A DNA stretch of 59,975 nt, the filler included. It is 4 parts of 4 records of this genome, joined end to end, with 100 filler letters (N's around TTAATTAATTAA, not from the genome) between each part and the next. Parts side by side here need not be neighbours in the genome. Positions count along the whole stretch, not along the records: positions 24,707 to 53,832 come from DRR378314_716; 3 more parts are not named here. One strand, written 5' to 3'. The translations under genes were made by a program, and so were the position numbers. The notes under the pieces are model-generated. The model ran no database searches. It saw only the letters and a program-made list of their open reading frames with translations, and was not told the DNA's origin. Positions 41,260 through 51,938 of this stretch are shown one piece after another. The stretch's first letter is position 1; each line of letters opens with the position of its first letter.

Positions 41260-41321
41260 ATCCCGGCTCGGGAGAGCAATAACCCAAACCATCAACTGAA
41301 CTAAGTTCAAGAGGATTTATA

Positions 41322-41723
41322 ATGTTTGTTCGTACTTTACAGGCGGCGGAGAAATCTGAACGCCGTGTGACATCTGAAACCTGGGAAAGCACCCGTCTGG
41401 TTCTGGCCGACGATAATATGGGCTTTTCCTTCCATATCACGACGATCTACGCCAACACCACAACAGAAATGTGGTACCGCAATCATCTGGAAACGGTGTA
41501 CTGCATTTCCGGTGAAGGTGAGATTGAAACTCTGGATGACGGCAAGGTTTACCAGATCGTGCCCGGAACCGTTTACAACCTGGATAAACATGACAAGCAT
41601 ATCCTTCGGGCACGCACCGAACTAAAGCTTGCCTGTGTCTTTAACCCACCGGTTACTGGACGCGAAGTGCACGATGAAACAGGTGCATATCCAGCTCCGG
41701 AGGATGCAAAGGAGACTGCCTAA
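41322..41723 (+). CDS. ectC: L-ectoine synthase
   Basis: [44 protein letters not shown]. Confidence 0.97.
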   Translation: MFVRTLQAAEKSERRVTSETWESTRLVLADDNMGFSFHITTIYANTTTEMWYRNHLETVYCISGEGEIETLDDGKVYQIVPGTVYNLDKHDKHILRARTELKLACVFNPPVTGREVHDETGAYPAPEDAKETA

Positions 41724-41726
41724 CCC

Positions 41727-42650
41727 ATGCGCATCGAACAGTTCAACGAACGATCGACGGAACCTTGCGATCCTTATGCGTCAAGAATTGACGACCGTTA
41801 CGAAGAACGCCCTCGTATTGATCCTGTTGTGTATAGCAACATGGATAAGGATGGGGATACGCTGACGAAAGAGCAAAAACAGGAATTTGACAGAAACGGA
41901 TTTCTGATCCTTGAAGGCGCCTTTTCAGAAAAAGAAGTCGCTGCCTTCAACGCCGAGCTTTCCCGCTTGGCGCAGGATCCAGAAATCACCGCCGCTCCCG
42001 GAACCATAACGGAACCGTCAAGCGGCGATGTCAGATCCATTTTTGAAATTCATAAAGTCAGCCCTCGGTTCGATCAGCTCTCAAGGGATAACCGCCTGTT
42101 GGGAGCCGCCAGGGATTTGTTGGCGGATGATTTATACATCCACCAATCCAGGCTGAATTATAAACCGGGTTTTACGGGTAAGGAGTTTTATTGGCATTCG
42201 GATTTTGAAACTTGGCATGTGGAAGACGGTCTTCCCAGGATGCGCACGGTCAGTGCGTCGGTCCTGTTGACCGATAACCACCACCAAAATGGTCCGTTAA
42301 TGCTGATCCCTGGGTCACACAAGATATTTCTGAAATGTGCTGGCATCACGCCGGAAGACAATTACAGAAAATCCCTGAAAGTTCAGGATCTTGGCGTGCC
42401 CCATCCGGAAAGTCTGAATATGTTGGCGACAGAAAATGGAATGGAAGTCGCAGATTGCAAGGCAGGGACGGTTGTCCTTTTTGATTGCAATTTGCTGCAC
42501 GGATCAAATGGCAATATCACGCCTTTTTCCCGCTCCAATGCCTTTTTCGTCTTCAACGCCATTAGCAACAGGGTCTGGGAGCCTTTCGGCACAGAAAAAC
42601 CGCGTCCCGGTTTTCTCGCAGAACGGCAACCCAGACCAGAAACCCTCTAA
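41727..42650 (+). CDS. ectD: Ectoine hydroxylase
   Basis: Signature FYWHSDFETWHVEDGLPRMR; FDCNLLHGS. Confidence 0.96.
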   Translation: MRIEQFNERSTEPCDPYASRIDDRYEERPRIDPVVYSNMDKDGDTLTKEQKQEFDRNGFLILEGAFSEKEVAAFNAELSRLAQDPEITAAPGTITEPSSGDVRSIFEIHKVSPRFDQLSRDNRLLGAARDLLADDLYIHQSRLNYKPGFTGKEFYWHSDFETWHVEDGLPRMRTVSASVLLTDNHHQNGPLMLIPGSHKIFLKCAGITPEDNYRKSLKVQDLGVPHPESLNMLATENGMEVADCKAGTVVLFDCNLLHGSNGNITPFSRSNAFFVFNAISNRVWEPFGTEKPRPGFLAERQPRPETL

Positions 42651-42670
42651 CGCCAAGAGAAGAGGCCAGT

Positions 42671-44158
42671 ATGCCAAAAGACAGTCACGAGGACGATAGC
42701 ATCAAGACCCCCGCCAAAGGGCACAGCGTCCACAAAATCGGAGGCACCTCTATGGATGAAGTAGAGGTGGTCTTTAACAACATCCTGATCGGTGATCGTG
42801 AAGAAGCTGATCTGTATAACCGGATTTTTGTTGTCTCCGCCTATAGCGGAATGACTGACCTTTTACTTGAACATAAAAAGACCCATGAGCCAGGCGTCTT
42901 CTCTCTCTATTCAAATTCTGAAAATGAATGGGCTTGGGGGGATGCGCTGAACAAGGTCGGCCAGGCCATGCACCAGAAAAATCAGGAATGTCTTGAGGAC
43001 AAGGCTGATCTGGATCTGGCGAACCGTTTTGTCGAAGAACGGATTGAAGGCGTTAGAAGCTGCCTGATCGATTTGACACGCCTTTGTTCTTTCGGTCACT
43101 TTCAGTTGCCCGAACATCTGGCGACCGTTCGCGAAATGCTCAGCAGCCTTGGAGAGGCCCACAGTGCTTTTAACACCATGCTGCTTCTCAAGCGCCGGGG
43201 CGTGAACTCTATTTTCGTTGACCTTTCCGGTTGGCGGGAAAGCCACTCTCTAACTCTGGACGAGCGGATCACCGAAGCTTTCGCTGAGATTGATCTTGAG
43301 CGACAATTACCTATCGTCACCGGCTACGCCCAGTGCGAGGAAGGTCTGACCGGCATTTACGGGCGGGGCTACAGCGAAGTAACATTTTCACGTATCGCCT
43401 GCCTGACCGGTGCCTGCGAAGCGCTGATCCATAAGGAATATCATCTCAGCAGTGCCGATCCAAAAATTGTCTCGGATGAAAATATCCGCCCGATTGGCGA
43501 GACCAACTATGACGTGGCCGATCAGCTCAGCAATATGGGGATGGAGGCTATTCACCCCAAAGCCGCCAAAGGCCTGCGCAAAAACAATATTCCCCTTCGG
43601 ATCATGAATACGTTTGAGCCCAACCATCAGGGAACGATTATTTCTGATGATGGCAAATCCGAAACACCAAAAGTAGAAATCATAACTGGTCTGCCCAGCA
43701 TCTATGAAGTTGAGGTTTATGATCAGGATATTGTGGGAACACCCGGCGCTGCCAATCCGGTGCAGCAGGCCTTCTCACGGTATAAACTCTGGACAGTTTC
43801 CAAATATATCAATGCCAATACGCTGACCCATTATGTGTCCGCGCCATTGAAGCAAATCCGTCGCTGCATTGATGAATTGGAACAGAAATGCCCTTCCGCC
43901 ACGGTGCGTACGCGCAAGGTGGCCGTTGTGTCCGCGATCGGCTCCAACCTTGCGGAAGGGCAGTTTTTCGAAACAGCCATTGCGGCCCTGTCTCAGGCAG
44001 GTGTCTCGCTTGTTGCGGCTCAAAAACCAAGCCGTAATGTAGATCTACAGTTCGTTGTTGCTGAAAAAGACTATGACGCAACGATCCGTACGCTGCATAA
44101 AGCGCTGGTCGAAATTCGCGCAAAATCTGCGAAATTACCGGAAAAAAAAGCGGCGTAA
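42671..44158 (+). CDS. ask: Ectoine-pathway aspartokinase (Ask_Ect)
   Basis: KIGGTSM, VVSAYSG.TD.LLEHKK, RGYSE, SSADP, MEAIHP; last gene of the ect operon. Confidence 0.94.
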   Translation: MPKDSHEDDSIKTPAKGHSVHKIGGTSMDEVEVVFNNILIGDREEADLYNRIFVVSAYSGMTDLLLEHKKTHEPGVFSLYSNSENEWAWGDALNKVGQAMHQKNQECLEDKADLDLANRFVEERIEGVRSCLIDLTRLCSFGHFQLPEHLATVREMLSSLGEAHSAFNTMLLLKRRGVNSIFVDLSGWRESHSLTLDERITEAFAEIDLERQLPIVTGYAQCEEGLTGIYGRGYSEVTFSRIACLTGACEALIHKEYHLSSADPKIVSDENIRPIGETNYDVADQLSNMGMEAIHPKAAKGLRKNNIPLRIMNTFEPNHQGTIISDDGKSETPKVEIITGLPSIYEVEVYDQDIVGTPGAANPVQQAFSRYKLWTVSKYINANTLTHYVSAPLKQIRRCIDELEQKCPSATVRTRKVAVVSAIGSNLAEGQFFETAIAALSQAGVSLVAAQKPSRNVDLQFVVAEKDYDATIRTLHKALVEIRAKSAKLPEKKAA

Positions 44159-44184
44159 CCTAACCCCGCTTCAAGGCCCCCTGC

Positions 44185-44227
44185 AATGGCTGCAAAGGAG
44201 ATCGTCATGATTTCTTTTGCGGCCATT
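44185..44227 (+). terminator. Hairpin after ask
   Basis: AATGGCTGCAAAGGAGATC...GATTTCTTTTGCGGCCATT. Confidence 0.6.
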
Positions 44228-44293
44228 CTTATATGTACGGTTTAGACTAAATTAACCCAAACTCACGATACTGGAAAAAGGTCTTCTTCGTGG

Positions 44294-47218
44294 GTGATGG
44301 AAATGTTCACAGCTATTAAAAACCTCAGCCCGGCATCTTTTCCCGGGATGATATTAGGGGCTGTCCTCACCGCAGCGGTTATCTGCCCTGTCGCTCTTTT
44401 TATTCATCAAAATCTGGATGACAAATTTCGTCAGGAAGAGCGCGCAAAAACGCTCGACAAAATTGCCAATTTCCGCGGCATCATCGACCATCGCCTGGCA
44501 ACAGCTTTTTCGCTGGCAAGAACAATTGAAGCGCCCTTCTCGATCCTTGGCGATCTAACATCTAACGAGTTCTCCATTCTTTCCCGGGATATTCTGAAAG
44601 AACTCAATTATGTGCGCAATATAGCGCTTATCAAAGACACTGTTATCAAACAGGTGTATCCACGAGCCGGAAGCGAAGCGATCCTGAACCTGGATTACCG
44701 CGACATGGGCGAACGGTGGCCATTTATTGAGGAGGCAATCCAACACCGTAAAACTATGCTGGGCGGCCCACGAAAACTCCTGCTGGGGGGCACTGGCCTC
44801 ATCCAACGCATTCCCGTTTATCAGAAAGCAGATGGCATTGATGGGGAATTCCTCGGATTTGTCAGCATGGTTATTGACACGGATCTACTGCTTGCCCCGG
44901 TCACTCGCTCTGATCTATCGATTGGCATCCGCAGCTTTCCAAAAAACGGAAGTGACCCGCATATTTTCTGGGGTGATGAAACCGTTTTTAATTCCGACCA
45001 GGCGCCGATAAAGGTCAATATCAATCTACCCAATGGATATTGGGTGATGGCTGTTGTCCCGTCAGAGGGTTGGGGAACACTGCATGCCGAAAAAATTCAA
45101 TGGACGAGTACACCAATTATCCTTCTCTCGATGACCTTTATTCTGATGGGCGGATATGCAGGTTACCACCAGTCTCAACGTCGTATTCTTTATCAAGCGG
45201 TCACCGAAGAACGGAGCAGGTATTGGAATTTGGTCGAGAATGCACCGGATCCAATGATCATTCTGAAACCAAGCGGAGAGATAAAACAAGCCAACGTTAA
45301 AGCCTGTGAGTTATTGAAGCTTCCTCGACAAAAACTGGAAACCTTAGCAATTTTTGATTTTTTGGCGGAAATCCAGCAAACCACAGAAGACATGAATTGG
45401 CCGTCCATAATACAGCGCCTACGGGACGACAAGTTCGCGGAAAATCTTGAAATTAAGACAAAAAATGGAAAAGGAGAAATTCTGGAAATTGATGTCAGTA
45501 TGGGATTGGCCGATGATGGATTTATAGAAGAAATAACAGCAACCTTTCGCGATGTAACAGAGAAAAAACAATTACAGTTTCAGCGGAACCTTGCTGAAGA
45601 AATGCTTAGGGAATCTATCGCGACAACACCTGATGGATTTGCAATTTTTGACGCCAATGACAATCTATTTCTCTGCAACGATGCTTACCGGGATATGTAC
45701 AGGTTTTCCGCTCCGGCGATTGTTGAAGGCGCCTCATTTCGTGACATCATTAAATATGGGATCGAACATGGGGAATACCCAATGTCTGGCGACACCCCGG
45801 AAGAACAGGCTGCCTGGCTTGAGGATCGCGTCCATCTCCATCGCAATCCAACCGGCACCACCATGATTCACCAACTTGGCTCTGGCAGATGGCTGAAAAT
45901 TACCGAACGCCGCACCCCATCCGGTCTGACTGTTGGCGTGCGCACCGATATTTCCGAACTAAAAGAAGCGGAAGCTGAGCTTCGCGACAAAAAGAACCTG
46001 CTTGAAAATCAAACGGATGAATTTCGAAATCTTGCCGAACAGCATCTGATTGCCAAGAATAAAGCCGAAGATGCAACGAAAGCTAAAACAGAATTCCTGG
46101 CAATCATCAGTCACGAACTTCGAACGCCGATGACCGGTATTCTGGGAATTACGGACCTACTGTTATCCACAGCCCCAACCAAGGAGCAGTCGGATCATCT
46201 GACACAGCTGCGCTTGTCGGCAAACAGTCTGCTAGCACTGCTCAATGACATTCTGGATTTCTCTAAATTCGAAGCCGGGAAACTGAACCTTGATGCTCAT
46301 CATTTCAACTACTCCCTCCTGCAACGCGGGATTGAGGAGCTCCTGGAGCCGCTGACGGATGCCAAGGGTATTGAATTGAAATTGGATCAGGGCAATATCC
46401 CCGAAGACCTGATCCTTTATGGCGATGGGAACCGTCTTCGCCAAGTCCTTCTGAATATAGCCTCCAATGCTGTAAAATTCACCGAACAGGGCCGGGTTGA
46501 AATTTCCTCTGAACTGACCGGGGAGACCGAAACCGATGCCGAACTCACGATCAAAGTCACCGATACCGGGATCGGCATTACGGCAGAAACCATCGAAAAT
46601 CTGTTCCAGCCCTTTACCCAGGCTGACACCTCAACCACGCGCCGGTTCGGCGGAACGGGCCTTGGACTGTCCATCAGCAAACGACTGATCGAAGCGATGC
46701 AGGGGAGCATTTCCTGCACCAGTGAAGTTGGACAAGGGTCGGTTTTTACGGTTACGCTCCCCCTGCCCAAAGGGGATTTTGACACCTGGCAGGAAAACAA
46801 CCGCCCGCAATCCATGATGCTCACCAGTCAAGCCAACGAAGATCGGCGCAAACTTCGGATCCTGCTCGCTGAAGATGTCGATGTAAACCGGATGATCGTC
46901 TCCACAGTTCTGAGAAAATGGGGACATGAGGTGGTCGAAGCCGTCAATGGCCAGGAAGCCGTCGACAAGGCCAACACCGAAGAGAATTATGACCTGATCC
47001 TCATGGATATGCAGATGCCGGAACTGGATGGATGCGATGCCACCATTGCTATTCGCGGGTTGGATATTGCCAACAGCAACACCCCGATCATTGCCCTGAC
47101 CGCTGACATTCAGGCCGACAAAAACGAACGCTATGCCAAAGCCGGTATGACAGCATTTCTCTCAAAACCCGTTGACTGGAACCAGCTTGAAAAGGCTATC
47201 GAGCAACACTGCGCTTAA
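44294..47218 (+). CDS. Hybrid sensor histidine kinase (CHASE-like, two PAS, HisKA, HATPase, receiver)
   Basis: SHELRTPM, QVLLNIASNAVKFT, DTGIG, FGGTGLGL, LAED..NR, ILMDMQMP, SKP. Confidence 0.94.
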   Translation: MMEMFTAIKNLSPASFPGMILGAVLTAAVICPVALFIHQNLDDKFRQEERAKTLDKIANFRGIIDHRLATAFSLARTIEAPFSILGDLTSNEFSILSRDILKELNYVRNIALIKDTVIKQVYPRAGSEAILNLDYRDMGERWPFIEEAIQHRKTMLGGPRKLLLGGTGLIQRIPVYQKADGIDGEFLGFVSMVIDTDLLLAPVTRSDLSIGIRSFPKNGSDPHIFWGDETVFNSDQAPIKVNINLPNGYWVMAVVPSEGWGTLHAEKIQWTSTPIILLSMTFILMGGYAGYHQSQRRILYQAVTEERSRYWNLVENAPDPMIILKPSGEIKQANVKACELLKLPRQKLETLAIFDFLAEIQQTTEDMNWPSIIQRLRDDKFAENLEIKTKNGKGEILEIDVSMGLADDGFIEEITATFRDVTEKKQLQFQRNLAEEMLRESIATTPDGFAIFDANDNLFLCNDAYRDMYRFSAPAIVEGASFRDIIKYGIEHGEYPMSGDTPEEQAAWLEDRVHLHRNPTGTTMIHQLGSGRWLKITERRTPSGLTVGVRTDISELKEAEAELRDKKNLLENQTDEFRNLAEQHLIAKNKAEDATKAKTEFLAIISHELRTPMTGILGITDLLLSTAPTKEQSDHLTQLRLSANSLLALLNDILDFSKFEAGKLNLDAHHFNYSLLQRGIEELLEPLTDAKGIELKLDQGNIPEDLILYGDGNRLRQVLLNIASNAVKFTEQGRVEISSELTGETETDAELTIKVTDTGIGITAETIENLFQPFTQADTSTTRRFGGTGLGLSISKRLIEAMQGSISCTSEVGQGSVFTVTLPLPKGDFDTWQENNRPQSMMLTSQANEDRRKLRILLAEDVDVNRMIVSTVLRKWGHEVVEAVNGQEAVDKANTEENYDLILMDMQMPELDGCDATIAIRGLDIANSNTPIIALTADIQADKNERYAKAGMTAFLSKPVDWNQLEKAIEQHCA

Positions 47219-47277
47219 AAGCTTCTTCGCCAAGAAAACTCTGATATAAAGGCTATGAGGACACAAAAGGGGTTCCT

Positions 47278-47694
47278 ATGTCAGATACACCAACAGAGCG
47301 TAGCGCAATTTATCTCCCCTCGGGTGAAGGTCGATCCTATGACATGGGACCGCTTCAGGCGATTTTTAAAGCTGACGGTGCGGAAGGCGATGGGAAATAT
47401 AGCGTTTCCGAATGGTGGCTGGAGCCGCATACAGCCGGACCTGGTGTTCATTCCCACGCAGAAGATGATCTTTTTTATGTAGTGGAGGGAACGGTAAGCT
47501 TCCTCATGCTGGATAAATGGATAGATGCCGACAAAGGCGCCTTCGTACTTGTGCCCGGCGGCATGACCCATGATTTTGAAAATCGCAGCGATCAGCGCGC
47601 CGGCCTTCTGAATTTCAGCAGCCCCGGAAACTTCGAACAAAACATGCCCGCCATCGCCCAGTGGTTTCAGGAAAACCCGCCCGGCACAGCTTAA
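47278..47694 (+). CDS. Cupin-domain protein
   Basis: PGVHSHAEDDLFYVVEG...VPGGMTHDFEN. Confidence 0.88.
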   Translation: MSDTPTERSAIYLPSGEGRSYDMGPLQAIFKADGAEGDGKYSVSEWWLEPHTAGPGVHSHAEDDLFYVVEGTVSFLMLDKWIDADKGAFVLVPGGMTHDFENRSDQRAGLLNFSSPGNFEQNMPAIAQWFQENPPGTA

Positions 47695-47714
47695 CAACTC
47701 GGCCAATTCGTATA

Positions 47715-47743
47715 TTGACCGGCCTACAATTCTCTATATAAAT
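47715..47743 (+). promoter_or_regulatory. Sigma70-like promoter of the btu operon
   Basis: TTGACC followed 16-17 nt later by TATAAAT, just upstream of the riboswitch. Confidence 0.55.
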
Positions 47744-47750
47744 AGAAAAT

Positions 47751-47931
47751 GATGATGGTTCCGTACGAGTTACGGATGAATAGGGAACACGGTAAAAACT
47801 TTGTTTTTAAGCCGTGGCTGCCCCCGCAACTGTAAGCGATGAGCAGATATTCAATATGCCACTTGAGCCCGAAAGCTTAGGGAAGGCGGATATTCTGTGA
47901 AGACGAGCGAGCCAGGAGACCTGCCATTGTC
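47751..47931 (+). ncRNA. Cobalamin riboswitch
   Basis: AATAGGGAACACGGT, GCTGCCCCCGCAACTGTAA, GCCACT...GGGAAGGC, B12 box GAGCCAGGAGACCTGCC; P1 GATGATGG/CCATTGTC. Confidence 0.96.
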
Positions 47932-48139
47932 AGTCACCCGAACCGTGATACGGGGTGTGTCAGGGTGCGGCTATTTCCGTAAAGGTGACACCAAACTTGC
48001 GTCCCTGTGTTCAGGGCAATTGGTCTACTAAACGGAACTGAACTGAGCAGTCTTTTCCGACATCTGTCTTGACTGAGGGGCGTTTTAACAACGCATCCAT
48101 AGCAAACAATTCTGCTATGGAACTTGGACAGGTGTCTAA

Positions 48140-50071
48140 ATGAAAATAAAAATACTTATCGGATTGTGGGCCATCTGCGCTACCACTCCCCTTAGCTCTG
48201 TGCTGGCAGATGAAATTGTCGCTGAAAAAATTATCGTCGGCGCGGGGCGAACCCCGATTGATGCCGACAAGGTTGGTCGCGCCCATACAGTCATCACGGA
48301 ACAACAATTGGAACAAATTCAGCCACGATATGTTGCCGACGTTTTAAGACGAGTTCCGGGTGTTGCCGTCTCCAGAACCGGCGGATATGGCGGGCTCGTT
48401 CAAATCCGGGTTCGCGGATCGGAAGGCAACCATGTTCTGGTCCTGATTGACGGGGTCGAAGTTTCCGCACCCACCCAGGGTGAATATGACTTTGGCGGGC
48501 TATTGGCGGCAAATATCGCCAGGATCGAGGTTATCCGGGGCCCGCAAAGTGCCCTTTGGGGATCCAATGCAACAGCCGGCGTAATCAACATTATCACCAA
48601 ACAGGGCAAGCGCGGCAGCCTTGATGGATATGCCATTACTGAACTTGGAAGCGACCGGACAGCACTGTTAAATCTTGGCGCCACAGGCGGCGGAAATCGG
48701 TATGACTTTGCCGTCAACGGGGCCTTTCGCCGAACCGACGGATTTAATATTTCTGATTTTGGCACCGAAGAAGATGGCGACAGAAACATGACCCTCAACG
48801 CCAAGGGCAACTTTGATTTAACTGAAAATCTTCAACTTCAGGCTAATCTTCGCCATGTCCGGCGAGAATCCGACTCGGACGATCAGGATTTTGCCTTTCC
48901 GGCAACCGCAACCCAGGGGCTGGTGATTGATACCGACAGCTATACCAAAACCCGGGAATATTTCGGCGGGGTTGGGCTCAAATCCTTCCATTTCGATGAT
49001 CAGTTTATCCAGCAATTACAGGTTAAAGGCATCTCCACCCTGCGTAAGGGAGAGACAGACACTGGTTTAGGTGGCAATAAGGGAAATCGCCTGAACCTGA
49101 GTTATCAGGGAACGGTCGATCTGGGAAAAACCGATTATTTGAACGCTGAACACAGCCTCACCGGGGCCGTGGAATATGAGCGTGAAGATTTTAAAAACAA
49201 CTATCCTTCCAGCGCCGCACAAGGACAAACGCAAGCGCGAAACCTTTATGGATTTGTCGCCGAATACCGGGGCACTTATTTTGATGATCTTTCTGTCACC
49301 AGCGCCCTTCGCTATGACATCAATGATGATTTTAAAAATGCCCTCACCTATAGTGTCAGCGGCTCTTACAATCTCCGCCCGTCCGGCACGCGGTTTCATG
49401 CCTCCGTTGGCACCGGTGTTACCAACCCGACCTTCTATGAACAGTTTGGCTTCAATCCTGGCACCTTCATCGGCGACTCCGGCTTGAAGCCCGAAGAAAA
49501 TTTCGGTTGGGACCTTGGAGTCGAGCAACAGTTTCTCGATGATCTATTCTCAGTCGATGTCACCTATTTTCGCGAACGTCTGACCGACGAAATCCAGACC
49601 GTCTATAATCCGGGTCCAGGGGTTTCCTCTCCGGAAAATCTTGATGGCACCAGCAAACGCCAGGGGATCGAAATTTCTATCACCGCTAATCCCGTCGATA
49701 ATCTCAGCGTGACGGCCGGCTACACTTACCTGCGTGCGGAAGAGCCCAGCGGCTCAGAAGAAGTCCGGCGCCCCCGGCACAGCGCATCCTTGAACGCGGC
49801 GTATAGTTTTCTGAATGGAAAAGCCTCTATTTTCAGTGATGTCATCTATAATGGCGTGATGGAAGATCTTGAATTTGTCAATTCAACGCCGCGAAGCCGG
49901 GTCACTCTGGATGACTATGTTCTGGTCACTATTGGCGCGGATTACAAATTCACCGAAACGGTTCAACTGTATGGGCGTATTGAAAATCTGTTAGATCAGC
50001 AATATGAAGAGCTTTACAGCGTTAACTCCCAAGGCCTGACCGCCTTCATCGGCGCCCGGTTCAACTTCTAG
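48140..50071 (+). CDS. btuB: TonB-dependent cobalamin receptor
   Basis: Signal peptide; plug RVRGSEGNHVLVLIDG, IEVIRGPQSALWGS..GVINIIT; terminal Phe; behind a B12 riboswitch. Confidence 0.9.
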   Translation: MKIKILIGLWAICATTPLSSVLADEIVAEKIIVGAGRTPIDADKVGRAHTVITEQQLEQIQPRYVADVLRRVPGVAVSRTGGYGGLVQIRVRGSEGNHVLVLIDGVEVSAPTQGEYDFGGLLAANIARIEVIRGPQSALWGSNATAGVINIITKQGKRGSLDGYAITELGSDRTALLNLGATGGGNRYDFAVNGAFRRTDGFNISDFGTEEDGDRNMTLNAKGNFDLTENLQLQANLRHVRRESDSDDQDFAFPATATQGLVIDTDSYTKTREYFGGVGLKSFHFDDQFIQQLQVKGISTLRKGETDTGLGGNKGNRLNLSYQGTVDLGKTDYLNAEHSLTGAVEYEREDFKNNYPSSAAQGQTQARNLYGFVAEYRGTYFDDLSVTSALRYDINDDFKNALTYSVSGSYNLRPSGTRFHASVGTGVTNPTFYEQFGFNPGTFIGDSGLKPEENFGWDLGVEQQFLDDLFSVDVTYFRERLTDEIQTVYNPGPGVSSPENLDGTSKRQGIEISITANPVDNLSVTAGYTYLRAEEPSGSEEVRRPRHSASLNAAYSFLNGKASIFSDVIYNGVMEDLEFVNSTPRSRVTLDDYVLVTIGADYKFTETVQLYGRIENLLDQQYEELYSVNSQGLTAFIGARFNF

Positions 50072-50085
50072 AAAGCGCTTCTGTT

Positions 50086-50943
50086 ATGCGACATTCGGCC
50101 CGCTTCACTGGATTACTGATTGCTCTGTATCTGGGCATGGCTTCGGCTGTCAGTGCCGCTGCAGAAGCTCCAAAGCGGGTCGTTTCCATGAACCTTTGTA
50201 CGGATCAGCTGGCGATACTGCTTGCGGATCCGGATCAACTTCAATCCGTCTCTTATCACGCGCATGATCCTCATGCATCTGTGCTGTCACAGCAGGCGGC
50301 GCGCTTTCCGGTCAACCATGGTTTGGCTGAAGAACTGCTGCGCATGAAGCCTGATTTGGTTATTGCCGGGAAATACTCGGCCGCCACCACCAAACAACTG
50401 TTACGCCGATTAAACATTCCTGTCGCAGAATTTGATCCAGCCCGGAGTTTTGAAGACATTCGCACCAACATCAAACGGATGGGCCAGCTCCTGCATCAAC
50501 AGGCCCGCGCCGAAAGATTGATGAATGACATGGATGACCGGTTACACGCCATCCAGCAATCTGTCGGCCAAGTGTCGCCGCACCGTCCTGTGATTGCCTC
50601 CTATGAGTCCAATCATTACAGCACAGGCGGCAACACGCTTGAAAGCCATATTGTTCACCATGCCGGTTACCGTCATTTAGGGGCGGAAAAAGGGGTGATC
50701 GGATCGCGAAAACTCCCCTTGGAATATATCCTGAAAGAAAATCCAGACTATCTACTGAGCTGGACCCAAACAGTTTCCCGTAGCACCCGCGCCACGGCCC
50801 ATTTACGCCATCCGGCTCTCAAACACTGGTTTGGAGAGGAGCGACTCTTTACATTAGCCAATAAATACTGGGTCTGCGGCGCGCCGTTCACGCTTGAGGC
50901 GATTGAACAGCTGATCTCCCATATCGAAGGATCGGCGCAATGA
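50086..50943 (+). CDS. btuF: Cobalamin ABC transporter substrate-binding protein
   Basis: PKRVVSMNLCTDQL, EELLRMKPDLV, HPAL, WVCG. Confidence 0.85.
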   Translation: MRHSARFTGLLIALYLGMASAVSAAAEAPKRVVSMNLCTDQLAILLADPDQLQSVSYHAHDPHASVLSQQAARFPVNHGLAEELLRMKPDLVIAGKYSAATTKQLLRRLNIPVAEFDPARSFEDIRTNIKRMGQLLHQQARAERLMNDMDDRLHAIQQSVGQVSPHRPVIASYESNHYSTGGNTLESHIVHHAGYRHLGAEKGVIGSRKLPLEYILKENPDYLLSWTQTVSRSTRATAHLRHPALKHWFGEERLFTLANKYWVCGAPFTLEAIEQLISHIEGSAQ

Positions 50944-51938
50944 CATCCACTCCCTCCAAGATATTATTGATCAGTCTTTCGCTGCTGACCGCCGTTTTAT
51001 TTCTGGCGTCCCTATTGATCGGGCCTGTCAATTTTAGCCCTTTGGAAGGGCTATCCGCGCTGTTTTCGGCTGATAAATCCCTGACCACCCTGATCATGAC
51101 TGAAATCCGCCTGCCGCGGGCCCTCCTCGGCCTGGCCATCGGGGCAACCTTGGGGCTGTCTGGTGCCGTTTTACAAGGCTTGCTCCGAAATCCCCTTGCA
51201 GATCCCGGCCTGCTGGGCATCAGCGCAAGCGCATCGCTGGGCGCGGTGATGGCGATTTATACCGGGTTAAGTGCCGTGTCCGTATTTTTCCTGCCCATCA
51301 GTGCCCTTGCGGCGTCTTTGTTTGCTGTCGCAGCGATTGTTCTTCTGGTCGGGCGCAGTTTCAGCATTTTGACCATTATTCTGGCCGGTGTGGCCTTAAC
51401 ATCGTTGGCTGGGGCGGCAACATCACTGGTATTGAACCTGTCATCGGATCCCTTTGCCTCGCTAGAAATCGTCTTTTGGATGCTCGGCTCTCTGACCGAT
51501 CGCAGTCTGGAGCATGTCTATCTTTCACTCCCGTTCATTGTCATCGGCATGGGCCTTCTTGGTGCGACGGCGCGGGGCCTTGATGCACTCAGTCTGGGGC
51601 AGGATGTGGCTCAAAGTCTGGGGATCAACCTGAACCGGATCAAGCTGCTGGCCATTCTGGGCACCGCAATCAGTGTCGGTGCAGCAACCGCGGTGAGCGG
51701 GGCAATCGGTTTTATCGGGCTGATCGTGCCGCATCTGTTGCGCCCGCTGGTCGGCAATCAACCCTCTGCCCTGCTGGCGGTCAGTGCTTTGGGCGGGGCT
51801 TCATTTTTACTCTCCGCAGATATATTGGTGCGCGTCATTCTACCCGCCAAGGATTTGAAACTCGGCGTTGTGACTGCGCTGATCGGTGCGCCCTTTTTTC
51901 TCTGGCTGCTGTTCTCGTTGAGGAAGAAAACCCGATGA
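50940..51938 (+). CDS. btuC: Cobalamin ABC transporter permease (FecCD family)
   Basis: IRLPRALL, QGLLRNPLADPG, GAIGFIGLIVPH, GAPFF. Confidence 0.9.
   Translation: MTSTPSKILLISLSLLTAVLFLASLLIGPVNFSPLEGLSALFSADKSLTTLIMTEIRLPRALLGLAIGATLGLSGAVLQGLLRNPLADPGLLGISASASLGAVMAIYTGLSAVSVFFLPISALAASLFAVAAIVLLVGRSFSILTIILAGVALTSLAGAATSLVLNLSSDPFASLEIVFWMLGSLTDRSLEHVYLSLPFIVIGMGLLGATARGLDALSLGQDVAQSLGINLNRIKLLAILGTAISVGAATAVSGAIGFIGLIVPHLLRPLVGNQPSALLAVSALGGASFLLSADILVRVILPAKDLKLGVVTALIGAPFFLWLLFSLRKKTR

Noticed and set aside
47787-47816. Extra AT-rich hairpin in P4 of the cobalamin riboswitch as a novel variant
   Set aside because: Peripheral P4 extensions are within normal variation of this riboswitch class.
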